A stretch of DNA of 64,000 bases from Candidatus Woesearchaeota archaeon (GTDB lineage: Archaea > Nanobdellota > Nanobdellia > Woesearchaeales > UBA9989), in assembly GCA_013329045.1 (NCBI GenBank), contig DUKZ01000015.1, positions 159 to 64,158 of the forward strand, written 5' to 3'. Position 1 is the first letter of the stretch; each line of letters starts with the position of its first letter. The notes under the pieces are model-generated. The model did no database searches. It saw only the letters and a list, made by a program, of their open reading frames with translations, and had not been told where the DNA came from. Position numbers and translations under genes: made by a program. Below, piece after piece: positions 59,312 to 64,000 of the stretch.

Positions 59312-60421
59312 ATGAGACCAGCTATTGTTCAAGGATGGGACATCCCAAAAGAGGAATATCTTGCTACCCATAAAGATAATAGGCTCATCAAGTTGCTGAT
59401 CGATCTCTCAAATGGATGCAACCTGTGGTGCCATGGATGTTTCACGATGAGGAGCACCAGCGTCAAACGGAGATTGACTAATGAGATGGGTGCGGATGAC
59501 CAACTCAGATTGCTCGATGAGGCAGCCGCGCTCGGGGTGAGAACAGTTGACATTGTGGGAGCTGGAGAACCAACGCTTGATCCGGATTATGGGAGGATCA
59601 TTAGCCACATTAAGGATCTTGGCATGAGACCTGTGGTGTTTACGCACGGAGCGACAGGGCACTTTGAGAGAGAATCAGCATACGAGGGTAGCGTGTCATA
59701 CTTCATCAAGCTCTGGAGCCTGGATTCAGAGGAGCAGAACAGATATGTGTCAGAGCCCGGAAAATCCCTTGGGTTCGACTATGCCTCATGGAGGAATAGA
59801 ACTCTCGAGAACCTCACCAATAAGTGGTTGACACAAGGAGAAGAGGTCATGCTCGACGGCATTTCTTATGTGACAACTTGCGTGGGAGCAGATGTGCTCG
59901 TCAGGAAGAGCAATATGGATGAGATCGTCAGTATCCATGAGGTATGTAGGAAACTCGGTGTCATGCCTCTTATCAAGAGTTACATCCCTGAGGGACCGAC
60001 GCTTTTCGACCAGGAACAGAACCGAGGCCTTGTGACCCTTGAGATGCTGAGCGAACTGCAAACAGACGAGGCGACACCGGCAGACATGATGAGGGTCAGG
60101 CAACAGCTGATCGCGCTGGATCGAGAACTTGGAATACCGGATATGGAAACATTCTACCCGCAGGGATGCAAGTGCACGCAAAGCATGGCATCACTCTATG
60201 TCGATATCCTGGGCAACGTCCGCTCATGCGTTGGAACGCAGCCAATACCAATCGGAACGTACGAACCAGGGAAGGGAATACTCCTGCACGCACTCATGGA
60301 ACGGGCGCATGCTGTCGGTTTTGGGTGCCCGCCAAGACTCGAAGATGCAAAAAGAAGAGGGCTTGAGATCGATGATGGCATGAGGAGATTGTATGGAGAA
60401 GGAATGAGGAGGCAGGCATGA
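59312..60421 (+). CDS. Radical SAM protein with twitch/SPASM-like C-terminus
   Basis: CNLWCHGC, GAGEPTL, FTHG, C....LYVD..GNVRSC. Confidence 0.88.
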   Translation: MRPAIVQGWDIPKEEYLATHKDNRLIKLLIDLSNGCNLWCHGCFTMRSTSVKRRLTNEMGADDQLRLLDEAAALGVRTVDIVGAGEPTLDPDYGRIISHIKDLGMRPVVFTHGATGHFERESAYEGSVSYFIKLWSLDSEEQNRYVSEPGKSLGFDYASWRNRTLENLTNKWLTQGEEVMLDGISYVTTCVGADVLVRKSNMDEIVSIHEVCRKLGVMPLIKSYIPEGPTLFDQEQNRGLVTLEMLSELQTDEATPADMMRVRQQLIALDRELGIPDMETFYPQGCKCTQSMASLYVDILGNVRSCVGTQPIPIGTYEPGKGILLHALMERAHAVGFGCPPRLEDAKRRGLEIDDGMRRLYGEGMRRQA

Positions 60422-60640
60422 CCCAAACCAGAAGCATCTTGCTTGTGAATGCGGGAAATGACAGAAAATATGACTCAGGTGGAGTGCACTGGACAGCCTA
60501 TCCTCCTCTGGGGGTGATCTCTCTTGGTACACACATCAATACCTATTCTGACTGGACTGCTTGAAGCATCAGAAAGGATAGGCCGCATTGCCTCGAGGAG
60601 AGGAATACCACACGGGAGCTCATGGACAGGGATATGTTAA
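60418..60640 (+). pseudogene. Truncated B12-binding radical SAM gene remnant
   Basis: ATGA-coupled ORF MTQTRSILLVN...YPPLGVISLGT stops at 60564; possible C-terminal remnant to 60640. Confidence 0.6.
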
Positions 60641-60663
60641 TTTATTCAGATGGACTAACACAT

Positions 60664-60710
60664 AGGTGAGAATAAGGTGAAAATAAGGTGAGAATAATAT
60701 AGGTGATAAC
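60664..60710 (+). repeat. Tandem 11-bp repeats containing AGGTGA (SD-like) x4
   Basis: aggtgagaata aggtgaaaata aggtgagaata atat aggtgataac ATG. Confidence 0.8.
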
Positions 60711-61310
60711 ATGAACGAATTTAGAAAATTGCAGGATTTGGTAGAACGAGAAGGAATAAAAAAAGTTGTTTTAGTTACCCGGAGCGGAGTTGGGAGTAGT
60801 GGCAGGCATAGTTTTGGCCATCAAGCAGCGCTTACTTATCAAGCACTTCAGGAAAATGGTATCGAGGTCATTTGTCTTAGTGATGAAGCACTCAGCCACA
60901 TCGTGACACGCTCGAGCGAGCCTTATGAACAATGGAATGAGTTTCGTAATGATGATCTCTACCGTTTGTACTGCAGAGGTGGCCTTACTGATCATGCAGC
61001 GGTAAAGTATGGGGGCTATCAGAGAGGAAGAGGAATCAATGATGTGCTCAATTCATTTGGCTCGAATGCTGACTCACTTCGGTCAATGGCGGATTATGGG
61101 ATTATTGCAGAAACCCACCAGGTAACGGTAACAGAAATAGAACGATGCCATGTAAGAAGTATTAGCTATGTCGAGAGAGCAGCACAACAGCTTTCCCAAG
61201 TATTTGGCAAAAGATGCGTAGTAACCGTTCCCGAATTTGTGGCAAACCAGTATGTAGCAAACCTACCTCAAAGTCCGATTATCCCACCAGAAAAGATTGT
61301 GTTCCTTTAA
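60711..61310 (+). CDS. Hypothetical protein
   Basis: 199-aa ORF with strong AGGTGAT SD. Confidence 0.7.
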   Translation: MNEFRKLQDLVEREGIKKVVLVTRSGVGSSGRHSFGHQAALTYQALQENGIEVICLSDEALSHIVTRSSEPYEQWNEFRNDDLYRLYCRGGLTDHAAVKYGGYQRGRGINDVLNSFGSNADSLRSMADYGIIAETHQVTVTEIERCHVRSISYVERAAQQLSQVFGKRCVVTVPEFVANQYVANLPQSPIIPPEKIVFL

Positions 61311-61420
61311 ATGAGGAGTTTATTTTTTTCTTTTTTCCATCATTCTTTCTTTTTTCCATCATAATCTTTATAAACCCTGACTTATCCGGCCTTTGTATTA
61401 CCGTAGGGGGTGTACTATTT

Positions 61421-63436
61421 ATGGAAACAGTTCTTATCTTAAGCATACTTTGTTGTGTTTTAGCTCTCCTGTATGCGGCGTATGTTGCTGCCAGGATCGC
61501 AAAGAAAGACCCTGGCGATAAAAAGATGCAGGATATCAGCGATGCCATCCACGAAGGAGCAATGGCATTCTTGATGACTGAATACAAGATCCTTGCCGTG
61601 TATATCATTATCGTTGCCGGGCTGCTCTATTATTTCATCAATATCCCGACGATGGTCACTTTCATTTTTGGGGCACTCTGTTCTATCCTTGCCGGCTACT
61701 TCGGGATGAAGATTGCCACAAAAGCGAACGTTCGGACAACGCAAGCTGCACGAAAAAGCCTGCAAGATGCCCTTCGGGTCTCTTTTGACTCTGGAAGCGT
61801 CATGGGTCTGTGCGTTGTTGGCCTTGGCCTGCTTGGCGTTGTTATCTTTTATATCATCTACAAAAGCCCTGATGCGCTGTTTGGCTTTGGGCTTGGCGCA
61901 TCATCCATCGCCCTTTTTGCCAGGGTTGGCGGGGGCATCTTCACAAAAGCAGCAGATGTTGGCGCTGACCTTGTCGGAAAGACAGAGGCAGGCATCCCAG
62001 AGGATGACCCTCGAAATCCTGCAGTGATTGCAGACAATGTCGGGGATAATGTCGGCGATGTTGCCGGCATGGGAGCAGACCTCTTTGAGAGTTATGTGGG
62101 AAGCATCATTGCAGCAATGGCACTTGGGGGGGTGAGTTTTGGCGTCAAAGGACTCATCTTCCCAATAGCTCTTGCAGCAATTGGCATTATCTCCTCTATC
62201 ATCGGCACCTTCTTTGTCAAGACTGATGAGCACACCCATCCGGGAGATGCACTCCAGAAAGGCTTGTGGGTGTCATCAATCCTCGTTGCCATCGCAGGAT
62301 TTTTCCTTGCAAAGAACACGTTTGGCTCGATCCAGATGTTTTGGGTGATCATCATTGGCCTTCTTGCAGGCATCCTGATTGGCATCAACACAGAACTCTA
62401 TACTTCTGAAAAGAAAAAATATGCGCAACGGATCGCAGAAGCATCAAAAACTGGCCCTGCAACAAACATCATCCAAGGGCTCGTCGTTGGCATGGAATCA
62501 ACACGCAATGTGATGATCATCCTTAGTATTGCTATCCTTGGCGCATTCTACCTCGGCCAGACAGCAGGGATAGGAGGCGGCCTTTATGGCATTGTCATCT
62601 CTGGTGTTGCAATGCTCTCTACCCTTGGCATCTCCCTTGCTATAGACGCATATGGACCAGTTGCGGATAATGCAGGAGGCATTGCGGAAATGGCAGGCCT
62701 TGGCCCAGAAGTTCGGAAAAGGACTGACAGCCTTGATGCTGTTGGGAACACAACAGCTGCCATGGGAAAAGGATTTGCTATCGGCTCTGCTGCACTCACC
62801 GCCCTTGCGTTGTTTGCAACATTTGCGACTGCAACTCAGCTCTCTATCGTCAATATCTTAGATCCTCTTGTGATCGTTGGATTATTGCTTGGCGGAATGT
62901 TACCCTTCTATTTTACTGCCATGACGATGCAATCAGTCGGGGATGCTGCCATGCTGATGATTGAAGAAGTCAGACGGCAATTCAAAATCAAAGGCATCCT
63001 TGAAGGGAAGAAAAAGCCAGATTATAAGCGATGCGTTGCCATATCCACCGCAGGATCATTGAAACAGATGATCATTCCAGGACTCCTTGCAGTCTTATCA
63101 CCCATACTTGTCGGCATCTTCCTTGGAACAGCTGCTCTTGGAGGCCTCCTTGCAGGATCACTTGTGACTGGGGTGCTCATGGCAGTCTTCATGGCAAACA
63201 CGGGAGGCGCATGGGACAATGCAAAGAAATACATTGAGTCCCAGCCGAAAACAAAGGAGACTGGGAAAGGAAGCGATATGCATAAAGCAGCAGTCATCGG
63301 CGATACCGTCGGCGACCCATTCAAGGACACATCGGGACCAAGCTTGAACATTCTAATAAAATTGATGGCTATAGTATCCCTTGTCTTTGCACCAGTATTC
63401 ATCAAATATGGAGGAATCCTTTTAGGACTCCTCTAA
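61421..63436 (+). CDS. hppA: Membrane-bound ion-translocating pyrophosphatase (K+-dependent type, probably Na+)
   Basis: [44 protein letters not shown]. Confidence 0.96.
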   Translation: METVLILSILCCVLALLYAAYVAARIAKKDPGDKKMQDISDAIHEGAMAFLMTEYKILAVYIIIVAGLLYYFINIPTMVTFIFGALCSILAGYFGMKIATKANVRTTQAARKSLQDALRVSFDSGSVMGLCVVGLGLLGVVIFYIIYKSPDALFGFGLGASSIALFARVGGGIFTKAADVGADLVGKTEAGIPEDDPRNPAVIADNVGDNVGDVAGMGADLFESYVGSIIAAMALGGVSFGVKGLIFPIALAAIGIISSIIGTFFVKTDEHTHPGDALQKGLWVSSILVAIAGFFLAKNTFGSIQMFWVIIIGLLAGILIGINTELYTSEKKKYAQRIAEASKTGPATNIIQGLVVGMESTRNVMIILSIAILGAFYLGQTAGIGGGLYGIVISGVAMLSTLGISLAIDAYGPVADNAGGIAEMAGLGPEVRKRTDSLDAVGNTTAAMGKGFAIGSAALTALALFATFATATQLSIVNILDPLVIVGLLLGGMLPFYFTAMTMQSVGDAAMLMIEEVRRQFKIKGILEGKKKPDYKRCVAISTAGSLKQMIIPGLLAVLSPILVGIFLGTAALGGLLAGSLVTGVLMAVFMANTGGAWDNAKKYIESQPKTKETGKGSDMHKAAVIGDTVGDPFKDTSGPSLNILIKLMAIVSLVFAPVFIKYGGILLGLL

Positions 63437-63446
63437 GATTATTTTT

Positions 63447-64000
63447 ATGAAAAGATTCATTGACTTAGTCGGGGAATACAGCCGGAATATCGAAGGCTCA
63501 TATCAACAGATAGCTAGTATCACGAGAGAACATTTCAACCAAAGACTTGAGGGGACAGAATTTGACCCAAGAGGCAGAGTGGAAAATTTTTATCGAAACA
63601 GCCCCTATTTTTCTGCAAGGATTGCTGCTGGAAGAGCGCTTGGCCTTGAGGAAGAGATAGATAATGCGCTTCCCGGCTGGATAGGCCAGTTGGTTGCAGA
63701 CGAGTTACGTGGATCCAAGGGTCAGCGAGCAAAAGCGTATGCAGACCATGGGAAGCTCTACCAAACAACAAGGAACCATCCTTATCAGAGCCACCTGGTA
63801 GAGCAAAGAGATCCGGGGCATAGAGCATTGGCTCTTAGCCTTCTGTGCGGCCAAGCTCTCAACGAAACAGAATTAAGGATGGTCTATGAGGAGTCTTGCA
63901 TCTCAAGAGCCTCATTCCTTGCCGGAAGGAAACTAGGAGTCAATCCGGTACCTAACTTTTTCCATTCCTATCAAGCAGAGATTGCCATTGCAGCACTGCC
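63447..64000 (+). CDS. Hypothetical protein (3'-truncated by window)
   Basis: Frame open from ATG 63447 to window end: MKRFIDLVGEY...; AGR.LG motif occurs twice. Confidence 0.65.
   Translation, partial: MKRFIDLVGEYSRNIEGSYQQIASITREHFNQRLEGTEFDPRGRVENFYRNSPYFSARIAAGRALGLEEEIDNALPGWIGQLVADELRGSKGQRAKAYADHGKLYQTTRNHPYQSHLVEQRDPGHRALALSLLCGQALNETELRMVYEESCISRASFLAGRKLGVNPVPNFFHSYQAEIAIAAL

Noticed and set aside
60664-60710. Possible CRISPR array
   Set aside because: 11-bp units without spacers; no cas genes in the window
61214-61420. N-terminal extension of hppA
   Set aside because: Overlaps the upstream gene and a T-rich terminator-like tract; GGGGTG SD precedes ATG 61421
63535-63828. 97-aa minus-strand ORF
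   Set aside because: Shadow of the longer open plus-strand frame 63447 to window end

Overview
Archaeal chromosome segment, most likely a DPANN lineage such as Woesearchaeota. This is inferred from gene content: aRF1, aIF2-gamma, eS6, eL43, Rpo12, prefoldin, Dph2, an A-type ATPase operon, bacterial-type lgt, a ThyA-MtrA-like fusion and a stand-alone PEP-utilising protein. A housekeeping backbone is interleaved with accessory segments. (1) All four tRNA genes carry bulge-helix-bulge (BHB)-type introns, including a cryptic intron at position 3/4 in the acceptor stem of tRNA-Pro(TGG) and a T-loop (59/60) intron in tRNA-Gly(TCC). (2) An AT-rich four-gene operon encodes a signal-peptide-bearing, shell-less mini-RHS toxin-like protein, a membrane protein and two tandem S49 peptidases. 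(3) A bacterial-type exosortase sits beside its IPTL-CTERM-like surface substrate, followed by a SocA/Panacea-like plus PIN-like gene pair. (4) Small mobile or structured elements include an IS481 end, two related MITEs, an IS200/IS605-like double hairpin and multi-stem intergenic elements. No rRNA or CRISPR array was seen. All product calls come from motif recognition, not database searches.
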